Of a stretch of DNA of 64,000 nucleotides, positions 1 through 8,182 are shown piece after piece. Each line of letters opens with the position of its first letter. Within the stretch, counting starts at the first letter, position 1. Below the pieces are notes generated by a model, which had not been told where the DNA came from, searched no databases, and saw nothing but the letters and a program-made list of their open reading frames with translations. Origin of the DNA: an uncultured Candidatus Saccharibacteria bacterium (GTDB taxonomy: Bacteria; Patescibacteriota; Minisyncoccia; Phycocordibacterales; UBA12088); contig CAZFRC010000003.1 in assembly GCA_964521185.1 (NCBI GenBank), forward strand, positions 2,112 to 66,111, given 5' to 3'. The position numbers and the translations under genes were made by a program.

Positions 1-1456
1 TTGGATCATTTCACTTGGCAGAAAAGGCTCAGTGGAACTGGAGATCAAGCAGAGAATGCTTGAGGCGAGAGAGGAAGCAAAAAAGATAATCGAGGAAGCC
101 AAAGAAAAAGGAGAAGCGATCGAAGCAGAAAAACGAGAAGAATTTAAAGAGCGAGAAGAAGATCTGAAAAAGACCGAACAACGCCTTATCAAAAAAGAAG
201 AGCTTCTTGATACACGTCAACTTGATCTCGACAAAGAATCAGAGTCGGTAAAAAAGAAAGCTGTCGAAGTTGAGGTGTTGCACGAAAAGGCCGTTTCCGT
301 TGAAAAACAAAAAGAAACGGAACTTTCTCGGGTTGCCGGATTGTCAAAAGATGAGGCGAAACGAGAACTTATTTCCAGAATCGAAAAAGAATCAGAGGAG
401 GATCTTGCCATCCGTATCCGAAAACTTGATCAAGCTGGTCACGAGCAGTTTGAACGCAGAGCCCAGGAAATACTGACCAGTGTCATTCATCGGTTAGGCA
501 ATTCGGTTGCTTCAGATGTTTTGGCTACCACCATCACAATCCCAAACGATGAACTCAAGGGGAAAATTATCGGCAAGGAAGGGCGCAACATTAAAGCATT
601 CGAGCGCGCGACGGGAGTTGAAGTCATCATCGACGACACGCCGGGAGCAATTACCCTCTCTTCTTTTGATCCTGTCCGCCGACAAATTGCTCGAGTAGCG
701 CTTGAAAACCTTATTATCGACGGCCGTATCCAACCAGCAAAGATTGAGGAAATGGTTGAAAAAGCTAAAGAGGAGATAAACAAGATAATTAAACAAAAAG
801 GGGAAGAAGCTGCCTATGAGGCGGGTGTCTTTAATCTAAATCCGCGAACGCTTGCCATCTTAGGAAGGCTCCATTTCCGTACAAGTTATGGACAGAACGT
901 GCTTCAGCATTCAATTGAGATGGCGCATATCGCAGGTATGCTCGCTGAAGAAATAAAAGCCGACCCCCAAATTGCACGCGCAGGGGCGCTTGTACACGAT
1001 ATTGGCAAAGCCCTCGATCATGAAGTGCAAGGATCCCATGTCGAAATTGGTCGCCGCATTCTTCAAAAATTTGGCGAGGATGAACGCATCGTCAAAGCAA
1101 TGCAGGCGCATCATGAAGAATACCCATACGAAACTCCTGAATCTATTTTGGTTCAAGTGGCTGATGCGATTTCTGGGGCACGGCCAGGAGCGAGACGCGA
1201 CACCGTTGAAAACTATCTAAAAAGACTCTCCGATCTTGAAGGAGTGGCTAATTCTTTTTCCGGTATTGAAAAAGTGTATGCGATTTCCGCAGGCCGTGAA
1301 ATTCGAGTGTTTGTGCGCCACGAAGAAGTCTCCGATATCGAAGCCAGAGAGCTTGCACGAAATATCGCAGTAAAAATTGAACAGGAACTTAAATATCCTG
1401 GCGAAATTAAAGTGGTGGTTATCCGCGAAAACCGCGCCATTGAGTTTGCAAGGTAG
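1..1456 (+). CDS. rny: Ribonuclease Y (5'-partial at window edge; the track ORF begins with GTG at 32 but the frame is open back to base 2)
   Basis: KH motif GKIIGKEGRNIKAFERATGVEVIIDD; HD domain HDIGKA...H; long charged coiled-coil N region typical of RNase Y; the N-terminal TM helix is missing, so the gene is probably truncated by the window. Confidence 0.9.
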   Translation, partial: WIISLGRKGSVELEIKQRMLEAREEAKKIIEEAKEKGEAIEAEKREEFKEREEDLKKTEQRLIKKEELLDTRQLDLDKESESVKKKAVEVEVLHEKAVSVEKQKETELSRVAGLSKDEAKRELISRIEKESEEDLAIRIRKLDQAGHEQFERRAQEILTSVIHRLGNSVASDVLATTITIPNDELKGKIIGKEGRNIKAFERATGVEVIIDDTPGAITLSSFDPVRRQIARVALENLIIDGRIQPAKIEEMVEKAKEEINKIIKQKGEEAAYEAGVFNLNPRTLAILGRLHFRTSYGQNVLQHSIEMAHIAGMLAEEIKADPQIARAGALVHDIGKALDHEVQGSHVEIGRRILQKFGEDERIVKAMQAHHEEYPYETPESILVQVADAISGARPGARRDTVENYLKRLSDLEGVANSFSGIEKVYAISAGREIRVFVRHEEVSDIEARELARNIAVKIEQELKYPGEIKVVVIRENRAIEFAR

Positions 1457-1476
1457 CGCTTCGCTAAAGAATATTG

Positions 1477-2034
1477 TTACCGTGTGGCAGCAATAAACGC
1501 CGTGTAGTTGAATTTCAAATCTTGAATACTTTCTTCAAGAATGTCGAGACCGTACATGGATGCCGCTGTTTTTGACGCAATAACCGCGGTCGTATCCGGC
1601 AAAACGCCGCTTCCTAAATCTGCCGCGGCCTTTGCGGTGTCTGGGTAAGTTTCGATATCAACGCCAGGCCATTTGCGCTTCAAGTACATGCGGCACTGTT
1701 TGATCGCCTGATCGTGCGAGGTGATTTTGGTGATATGATCGGGATTAGTCCCCGAACGAACAAGAAGGTTTTGATGAATATCAATTTCGAACATCTTTTG
1801 AATTGAAAAGGAGTGTTTGGCCATCGCGTACACCGCCTCAATGACAATACCGCCGTTCGAGTTTTCAATAGGGAAAATTCCAAGGTCCACATCCCCCTTT
1901 TCAAGAGAAGTAAGGACGTTTTCCACAGATACTAAATAAAGAATTGCCGCGTCTTTTAGAGCATTTTGGCCAATATAATAGTTGGCAGCTTCTTCTGAAA
2001 AACTTCCTCTAGCTCCAGAAATACCTATCTTCAT
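1477..2034 (-). CDS. Prephenate dehydratase (PDT) domain protein, no ACT domain
   Basis: 185 aa; N-term KIGISGARGSFSEEAA and an ESxxxG-like VENSNGGIVIEAV segment match the PDT family pattern; short form. Confidence 0.6.
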   Translation of the reverse strand: MKIGISGARGSFSEEAANYYIGQNALKDAAILYLVSVENVLTSLEKGDVDLGIFPIENSNGGIVIEAVYAMAKHSFSIQKMFEIDIHQNLLVRSGTNPDHITKITSHDQAIKQCRMYLKRKWPGVDIETYPDTAKAAADLGSGVLPDTTAVIASKTAASMYGLDILEESIQDLKFNYTAFIAATR

Positions 2035-2184
2035 AAAAAAACGGCTTAAAATATACGTTAAATAAACACCCCGAAGTATACCATGTCTATTTCCCCGAAC
2101 TATTCAATGGAGACTAAAGTAGAATTGACTTGGCGCGTATACTGTATTGTAATATATTACCCTCTAGTTTACTCTTTGACGAAG

Positions 2185-2212
2185 TTGCAGCAAAAATGGC
2201 GAAAGATATACT
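2185..2212 (+). promoter_or_regulatory. Candidate sigma70-type promoter for hup: TTGCAG, 16-nt spacer, TATACT
   Basis: -35 at 2185-2190 and -10 at 2207-2212, about 85 nt upstream of the hup start; a short GC hairpin (CTCCGG...CCGGAG) lies in the leader. Confidence 0.35.
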
Positions 2213-2295
2213 TACTTTTAAGGAACGAGCTCCGGCCCCTCTCTGCCCGGAGGCACGCCTAAAGTAACGATTAGTAGATAAGTGAGTTCGAAATT

Positions 2296-2574
2296 ATGAA
2301 CATGAACAAACAAGATATTATCAATAAGGTCCACGAAGTACTCGGAACAACCAAAGCAGATGCAGAGCGCGCAGTTGAGACAATGATTGAATCAATCATT
2401 GATGGCCTTAAAAAAGGTGGCGAAATATCGGTTGCGGGTTTGGGTATCTTTGCAACAAAAATGCGCCCCTCACGGACCGGCCGCAACCCCCGGACAGGAG
2501 AGTCGATTCATATCCCTGCTATGCGGGTTCCAAAGTTCCGTGCAGCTAAGGCATTCAAAGACTCGGTAAAATAA
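2296..2574 (+). CDS. hup: HU-family DNA-binding protein
   Basis: 92 aa; [10 protein letters not shown]...[42 protein letters not shown] is the classic HU/IHF arm. Confidence 0.93.
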   Translation: [92 protein letters not shown]

Positions 2575-2595
2575 TGTGCGCTCGTAATTCCGTAC

Positions 2596-2626
2596 AAAAA
2601 CCCACGTTTCGGGGGTTTTTGTTTTT
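2596..2626. terminator. Bidirectional intrinsic terminator between convergent hup and rarA
   Basis: AAAAACCC-acgtttc-GGGGTTTTT hairpin, A-tract on one side and a T-run (tttttgttttt) on the other. Confidence 0.7.
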
Positions 2627-3749
2627 ATAGCAAATACTTCTTATTTTTTAGTTTTTCCGGCAAATATGATTCTTGGTCGTACATTTCGTATCCTTTACCG
2701 TATTCAAGATCTTTCATGAGTCTGGTTGGCGCATTTCTAATGTTAAGCGGAATCGGAAGATTGCCATACTGAGCAACATCTGCTTGTGCGGCACGAAATG
2801 CGTCGTAGGCAGAACGATCTTTTTTTGCTCCCGAAAGATACGCAGCGCCATGAGCAAGATTGATTGCACATTCAGGATATCCGATAGTTTCACACGCTCG
2901 AAATACCGCATTTGCCACCACTAACGCGGTTGGTTGGGCTAATCCAATATCTTCGGACGCAAATATAACCATACGACGAGCAATAAACAGCGGGTCTTCC
3001 CCCGCATCCACCATGCGCGCAACATAATACAGCGCCGCATCCGCCTGACCAGCGCGCATGCTTTTTATAAATGCCGAAATGGTGTCGTAGTGTTCCTCAC
3101 CCTTTTTGTCATAACGAATAAACTTTGACTGAAGTGCTTCTTTGAGTGTATCCAGAGTGATCTTTCCATAGAGTTCTTTCGCGTTCTCCACGACAGAGAG
3201 GGCAGCGCGCGCGTCGCCATTTGCCATCCCTATCAGCCATTCGATGGCGTCATGCGGAATTTTTAGTTCGGTGCGCGCCAAAATTGTTTCCATGCTTTTT
3301 TCGTCAACTGAATTGAGCACAAACACACAACACCGAGAAAGAAGTGCTGGAATAACTTCAAATGAAGGATTCTCTGTTGTCGCGCCAACGAGCGTGATAT
3401 CTCCCGATTCAACATAAGGAAGAAGAAAATCCTGTTGTGCCTTGCTAAAACGATGGATTTCATCGAGAAATAGCACCCGAGGCCTGTTCGTCTCTTCTTT
3501 TAACAATCTCCTGATATCGTCTTTGCCTGCGGAAACCGCCGAAAGCTCATGGATATGCGCATCGAGCGCGCGAGCGTATATGCGCGCGAGCGTAGTTTTT
3601 CCGCATCCTGGAGGTCCCCACAAAATAAAAGAAAATCGATGTTTTTTTTCAATCGCTTCTCTTAACGGTTTTCCTTGAGCAACAAGATGTTCCTGTCCGA
3701 CAAATCCTTCGAGAGAATCGGGGCGTATGCGCGCTGCAAGCGGTTCCAT
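2625..3749 (-). CDS. rarA: Replication-associated recombination protein A (AAA ATPase RarA/MgsA)
   Basis: Walker A GPPGCGKTTLARIYA; Walker B LFLDEIHRF; canonical N-term MEPLAARIRPDSLEGFVGQEHL. The start is placed at the internal ATG (3747-3749); the track ORF extends to 3806. Confidence 0.9.
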   Translation of the reverse strand: MEPLAARIRPDSLEGFVGQEHLVAQGKPLREAIEKKHRFSFILWGPPGCGKTTLARIYARALDAHIHELSAVSAGKDDIRRLLKEETNRPRVLFLDEIHRFSKAQQDFLLPYVESGDITLVGATTENPSFEVIPALLSRCCVFVLNSVDEKSMETILARTELKIPHDAIEWLIGMANGDARAALSVVENAKELYGKITLDTLKEALQSKFIRYDKKGEEHYDTISAFIKSMRAGQADAALYYVARMVDAGEDPLFIARRMVIFASEDIGLAQPTALVVANAVFRACETIGYPECAINLAHGAAYLSGAKKDRSAYDAFRAAQADVAQYGNLPIPLNIRNAPTRLMKDLEYGKGYEMYDQESYLPEKLKNKKYLL

Positions 3750-3880
3750 AGGAGATAGTGTACGCTTCCTTTGAAACTTTTCGAGCACGAAAACAAATGT
3801 CCCCAATTCTGGAAACAGATCCTGTACGCGTCACCGAGGCGAAGGGAGGGGCAAACGCTAGGTTGGAATTTCTTTTCTGG

Positions 3881-3907
3881 TGCGGGATAGGAGAATCGAC
3901 CCGCTTT
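3881..3907 (-). repeat. Partial copy of the 3' end of tRNA-Gly(UCC) with encoded CCA (T-loop/acceptor fragment)
   Basis: The minus strand reads GCGGGTCGATTCTCCTATCCCGCACCA, and about 18 nt are identical to the 3' end of the intact tRNA-Gly at 4067-4137. No upstream tRNA body is present. Confidence 0.5.
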
Positions 3908-4066
3908 TTCTAAATCACTTCGTCCTAGACGGCGAAGCTCATAAGAACGCTGGCCGCACCTCGCCGACCCCTCGAAGACTCGGGGTGCCCGGCTCCGGCG
4001 TCCGACTCTCCTTTCCTCGTCACAAAATATAGTCGCCAAACGCTTTACGTTTTGCTCTTTATTTTG

Positions 4067-4137
4067 TGCGGGATAGGAGAATCGGACTCCTGCTCTCAGT
4101 TTGGAAAACTGACGTTCTACCATTAAACTAATCCCGC
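4067..4137 (-). tRNA. tRNA-Gly (anticodon UCC)
   Basis: Hand-folded cloverleaf: acceptor GCGGGAT/ATCCCGC, D-arm GTTTAATGGTAGAAC, anticodon loop TTTCCAA, T-arm AGGAG-TCCGATT-CTCCT, discriminator A; no CCA encoded. Confidence 0.85.
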
Positions 4138-4268
4138 CTGCGCTCTTTCCGCACCAGAGGGGCAACTCTAAGCGGTAAGAAGAGCACAACTCCACCTCTT
4201 TCGAAGTGTTCGAATCATCCTAGCAGAATCTTGGAAACCCTACCAATGGCCATGCTATACTCATCGAA

Positions 4269-5573
4269 ATGGATAAATTTTCATTTCCCATCCTTGGCGG
4301 CATACTTATTGGGATTGCAGTTATTGGGGTCGCGATGTTTAGCGCATTACGCACCCCTCCATCGAATAAAGAATCTGTAGAAATTCCTAGAACGAACAAT
4401 GGTTTGAGCACTTCTTCTCCATTTTCAGAGATAGAAGATGGCGATCCTGTTGATGAAATTCGATTATCCCCTTCCAAATCCCCCACGCGACCAGAGGGAA
4501 AAATATCGATCCCTTCGAATCCATCTCAAGAAACACCGTCTAACACCCCGTCATACCCGCCAACACCAACAAATCCTTCAAACACGGAAACGAATAGCAC
4601 GCCGAGCTCTTCGTCTTCCGATGGCGGAGGACGGATAGAAGAAGGAATGACACCTCCTCCGCCTCCACCCTCATTTGCCCCGCCGGGAGGATCTTCGTCA
4701 GCCGCCCCATCCGGGGCGCCTTCCTTTTTTTCGGGGCTAAACGACATCGTGCGCGCATCTGTTGTCAATATTTTATGCGAAACAAACGGTGGAGGATCGC
4801 TTCGCCCCATTTCAGCAAGTGGTGTTATGGTGAGCAAAAAAGGAGTCATCATGACAAACGCCCACGTTGCTCAATATTTTCTCCTCAAAAATTATCCGAC
4901 CCCAAACTATGTGACGTGTATCATTCGAACAGGAAGTCCGGCCGCACCCGCATACACCGCTGAAATTCTGTACATATCTCCCCAATGGATTGAAAAAAAC
5001 GCCTTAAACATACGTTTGTCCGAACCGCGCGGAACCGGTGAACACGATTTTGCATTTTTACGCATTACAGGAAGCATGAGTGGTGCGGCGCTTCCCTCTT
5101 CGTTCCCCTTTGTGCCTCCTGACACTGCGGAAAGCGACATACAGGGAGGTGCCGGCGTACTCATTGCTGGATATCCCGCAAGCTTTGTGGGCGCCTCAAC
5201 GGTAATGAGGGATCTCTACGCAGCGTCCACTTTCTCGACGATTGGAGAAATTTTTACGTTTGTTAAAACAACCGCCGATCTTTTCTCAGTTGGCGGAACG
5301 GTGTTAGCCCAAAAAGGAGCTTCGGGAGGCGCAGTGGTAACGCTTTCGGGAAAATTAATCGGCATGGTCGCAACCGCCCAAAGCGGCGAAACCACCGGTG
5401 AAAGTGACTTACGTGCCCTGTCTCTCTTCTATATCAATCGAGCGCTTGCAGAAGATGCCGGAATTACGATTGACGGGCTTCTTCAGAGTGATCTTGTGGC
5501 GTACGCAAACACGTTCAACGCGACCCGATCACCAGCACTTACTCAGATATTAATAAATGTATTAGGGGAATAA
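4269..5573 (+). CDS. Membrane-anchored trypsin-like (S1/HtrA-type) serine protease with a Pro/Ser/Thr-rich linker
   Basis: N-terminal TM helix (FPILGGILIGIAVIGVAMF); low-complexity P/S/T/G region; C-terminal domain with TNAHV (His) and GASGGAVV (Ser) motifs resembling GNSGGPL of S1C peptidases. Confidence 0.6.
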   Translation: MDKFSFPILGGILIGIAVIGVAMFSALRTPPSNKESVEIPRTNNGLSTSSPFSEIEDGDPVDEIRLSPSKSPTRPEGKISIPSNPSQETPSNTPSYPPTPTNPSNTETNSTPSSSSSDGGGRIEEGMTPPPPPPSFAPPGGSSSAAPSGAPSFFSGLNDIVRASVVNILCETNGGGSLRPISASGVMVSKKGVIMTNAHVAQYFLLKNYPTPNYVTCIIRTGSPAAPAYTAEILYISPQWIEKNALNIRLSEPRGTGEHDFAFLRITGSMSGAALPSSFPFVPPDTAESDIQGGAGVLIAGYPASFVGASTVMRDLYAASTFSTIGEIFTFVKTTADLFSVGGTVLAQKGASGGAVVTLSGKLIGMVATAQSGETTGESDLRALSLFYINRALAEDAGITIDGLLQSDLVAYANTFNATRSPALTQILINVLGE

Positions 5574-5574
5574 A

Positions 5575-5611
5575 GGGATCAAAAACAGCAACACGACCCC
5601 TTGAGGTCGTG
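5575..5611 (-). terminator. Intrinsic terminator oriented for the minus strand (CACGACC-ccttga-GGTCGTG, then a U-tract on the minus strand)
   Basis: 7-bp GC stem at 5592-5611; the minus strand continues TTGCTGTTTTTGATCC. On the plus strand only an A-tract precedes it, so it is directional. Confidence 0.55.
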
Positions 5612-5697
5612 TGATGGTTGGCGGGGAGTGCAAAGAACTTATTTATGCACTCACCCGCCTCCCTGATCTCAGGAACCGCCTGCTAGAGGCGGTTCGA

Positions 5698-5916
5698 CTA
5701 CCGATTCGTCGATATTCGGGCGCGGCTCCGCCGCGGCCGGCTCGAGTTTGGAGGGTTTTCCTGACCCCCCTTGCGGCGGCGCTCGAGCTCGGCAAGCGCC
5801 GCTTCCAAACATGTTCGGAATTCGTCCCGACAGGGTCTTCCTTCGGAACACCGCCGCCTCAAGGTGGCGATGCGCCGGTGAAGCTCGTCGTCGGACAGGA
5901 GCGAAAAAAGATTCAT
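5698..5916 (-). CDS. Hypothetical small Arg-rich protein encoded inside the high-GC island
   Basis: 72 aa, MNLFSLLSDDELHRRIATLRRR...; SD-like GGGGGAG 7 nt upstream of the ATG on the minus strand; third codon positions are strongly G/C, unlike neighbouring genes. High GC gives open frames on every strand, so the coding status is uncertain. Confidence 0.3.
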   Translation of the reverse strand: MNLFSLLSDDELHRRIATLRRRCSEGRPCRDEFRTCLEAALAELERRRKGGQENPPNSSRPRRSRARISTNR

Positions 5917-5946
5917 AAGTCATCTCCCCCACCAAGACCGCCCCAT

Positions 5947-5998
5947 GCGGTCCGGGAATCGAATTTCGATTAAAATCAAAAATCGATTCCCAGACCGC
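5947..5998. repeat. 16-bp inverted repeat (one mismatch) with a 20-nt spacer at the edge of the GC island
   Basis: gcggtccgggaatcga ... tcgattcccagaccgc; an inner tcgaatttcgat palindrome lies in the spacer. Confidence 0.5.
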
Positions 5999-6057
5999 AA
6001 AATTGGAACTCCGGCTGTTCGGGCATTACTTGAACATCCGGAGTAAGTGTACAGCAA

Positions 6058-6294
6058 TCATCGAAAGAGACGCTCTCTTATAAAATGTGCGAACCGATAC
6101 ACATGATACCGCTCCGGAAGACGATTCAGGAGCAGAAGCTCTTGAATGACTTCGTCCGTTGTTTCAAATCCAGCGGCCATAACCCGCCGCAAACACAGAC
6201 AATTTCGAAGCAATTGTATGTTGCCGCCGTTTAAAGCGGAGAAAATTGCTGGGTGTTCCATGCCCCACGCGCGTTCGTGCGAGTGATCGGGCAT
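6058..6294 (-). CDS. Hypothetical small protein, about 78 aa from an internal Met
   Basis: ORF MPDHSHERAWGMEHPAIFSALNGGNIQLL...; the N-terminal extension in the track is only the translation of the 15-bp palindrome at 6308-6352. Confidence 0.25.
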   Translation of the reverse strand: MPDHSHERAWGMEHPAIFSALNGGNIQLLRNCLCLRRVMAAGFETTDEVIQELLLLNRLPERYHVYRFAHFIRERLFR

Positions 6295-6377
6295 CGCTCC
6301 CTCCCTTCTGGTTGGGACACAAATTGCTAAAAGCCGCTTGTGTCCCAACCAGAATTCTTTCAAAGAACTCCTCCTTC

Positions 6378-6409
6378 AAAAAAAACCAGCCCCCGATTCT
6401 CTCGGGGGC
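6378..6409 (-). terminator. Strong intrinsic terminator on the minus strand (GCCCCCGA-ttctc-TCGGGGGC, then TTTTTTTT on minus)
   Basis: 8-bp GC stem at 6389-6409 immediately followed, on the minus strand, by an 8-T run (plus-strand A-run 6378-6385). Confidence 0.7.
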
Positions 6410-6621
6410 TTGGCTTCTTTGATGGAGTTTCGAACCTATTCCACAGAAACACCCGCCCCCGATGTAAGGATGAGGACCCAGAGGACAGATGCTTTGCGGT
6501 ATTGGTTCATATGTTATTGAATGTACTTGTACTGAACATATGTGTCAAGTATTTATTCACAACATTGCCGAACAAAAAGAAACCGCCTCGTCGCGAAGAA
6601 TAGTGCGACGGGCGGACGGAT

Positions 6622-7080
6622 TCATACATCGTCTACCACCGCGACCGGCATATGTCGCGGATCAGCACCGAGCTTAAAATCATCGGCGCTGATAATTCTG
6701 TCATACAACAAACAGGGAGGAAGTTCCGAGTCATGAGCCAATCTCAATCTCAAACTCCTTAGAATATGCGGAAATAGCTTGCGAGCTGTATCCCTTGACA
6801 GCTCGCAACAGGGAATCGTAGGGTGGGGAAAATGGAACCATAATTTCTTTATCTTGCTATCGATCATTATTCATATCCCCTGCATCGCGAGAGATGGAAG
6901 AACTATTTGTATCATTACTTCTTTCCTATATTCTGAATTATCTTTCATGCGGCAAGCTATTTCTTTCCCCAGTATTTGATACAATTTAAATTCTTCCTCA
7001 TCCGATAATTGATGCTCATTATTTAATTTTCTTACAAACCCAAGAATTTTTTTCGCATCTTCACGCGACAAACAAATCAT
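6622..7080 (-). pseudogene. Possible disrupted gene: two same-frame minus-strand ORFs (6871-7080 and 6622-6867) separated by one stop codon
   Basis: Both ORF ends are congruent mod 3, and a single stop lies at 6871-6873. No recognisable domains; low confidence. Confidence 0.2.
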
Positions 7081-7103
7081 TGACCTCCTCCCAAAGAACT
7101 AAT

Positions 7104-7202
7104 CGGACACACCATTGTGTCCGAAGAATATATTTGTTTGAAGGTTCAAATATATTCTTCGGACATCAACCAAAACACCGGCTTTGTGAGCCGGTGTTTT
7201 GG
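7104..7202. repeat. Cluster of three perfect palindromes with 8-bp, 18-bp and 13-bp stems
   Basis: cggacaca/tgtgtccg at 7104-7123; gtccgaagaatatatttg / caaatatattcttcggac at 7119-7164; ccaaaacaccggc / gccggtgttttgg at 7170-7202. Confidence 0.6.
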
Positions 7203-7829
7203 TTGAGGACATGTTGTTTCTTATACGCAAAAACGACCGGCTTCTTTCCTGTCGGTAATAATCGAAATAATGATTGTTGCCTTTTGTATCCCGGTCACAC
7301 TGTTAATGTAAGGCAGCCAGGGACTCCAGTCAAGGTAACTCGCTTCGTATTCTCCTTCTTGCTTTTCATGAAAAATATGCATGAGCTCTTGAACATAAAA
7401 AACTGTTTCGAATTTTAACGTTCTCCATGTGTACTTGAAATGAAATCCGCATGACGCGACAAGAGTTGAACTTGCGCGCCGTGCGGATATCGAGGTTAAC
7501 AAACAAAGACTCTCGCCAAAGGAAAAAGGGGATGGTCGAGAGTAACATTTGACTGTTCCAAATATCTTGCAACGATAATTCTGTCTTTTTCTTTCATTCG
7601 AGAGATAATCTCCATGGGAGAAACCCCCCCTCTTATGAGAGAGGCAACCCCTTCTGTCCATTCACCAAAATTCTCCTCGGTTGGAGACGAATATATTTTG
7701 AAAAATTCATCAACCGTTAACCCATCGTTCACCATCATCTTCTCCTTGCAAGCTCCGACCGCACGAGCTTGCGTTTGTTTGAAAGAACATCTGCGGTCTG
7801 GATTGTGTTCGGGAAATTCCCGCTCACTG

Positions 7830-7866
7830 TCCAAAACACAAAGACCGGCCCTTTCGGGCCGGTCTT
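7830..7866 (-). terminator. Candidate minus-strand terminator downstream of the sigma/anti-sigma operon
   Basis: AAGACCGGCCC-tttc-GGGCCGGTCTT (11-bp stem, 7841-7866), followed on the minus strand by TTGTGTTTTGG. Confidence 0.4.
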
Positions 7867-8182
7867 GATGAAATCTTTAGTGAAGAAGTTACATGCAAGG
7901 AAAATCGACCCAACGATTAGTGTCGGTAAAGAAGAAATAAAACCAGGAAGATCGATTACTCTCCATGAAAAATATCATATCGAGGAAAAGGAAGTATTGT
8001 CAACTGTATACCGCTATCCCCGCTGTTTTTCGAATCATCTCCTTTCACTTCGTGGGGAGAGACTCTACGAACTATCATTGCATATTTGCACGCGAAGCAT
8101 GCACCGCGCGAGAGGAGGATGCCCTTCTCTCGCACGGGAACTTTTTCCTATGAAACAGATTTGAAAGCCTCGGAATCGTAGA

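Noticed and set aside
3662-4195. 177-aa minus-strand ORF in the ORF track
   Set aside because: It overlaps tRNA-Gly(UCC) and the GC-rich spacer, has no start context or homolog-like sequence, and is best explained as a spurious ORF in GC-rich DNA.
5580-6060. Tested the high-GC island for tmRNA, RNase P RNA, SRP RNA and 6S RNA on both strands
   Set aside because: No GGGG...GGxTTCGAC tmRNA 5' end, no ALAA-type tag reading frame, no tRNA-like CCA 3' end, no RNase P P4 motif (AGGAAAGTCCGG), and no SRP domain IV GGAA/AGCA motif. It is left unassigned and reported as a finding instead.
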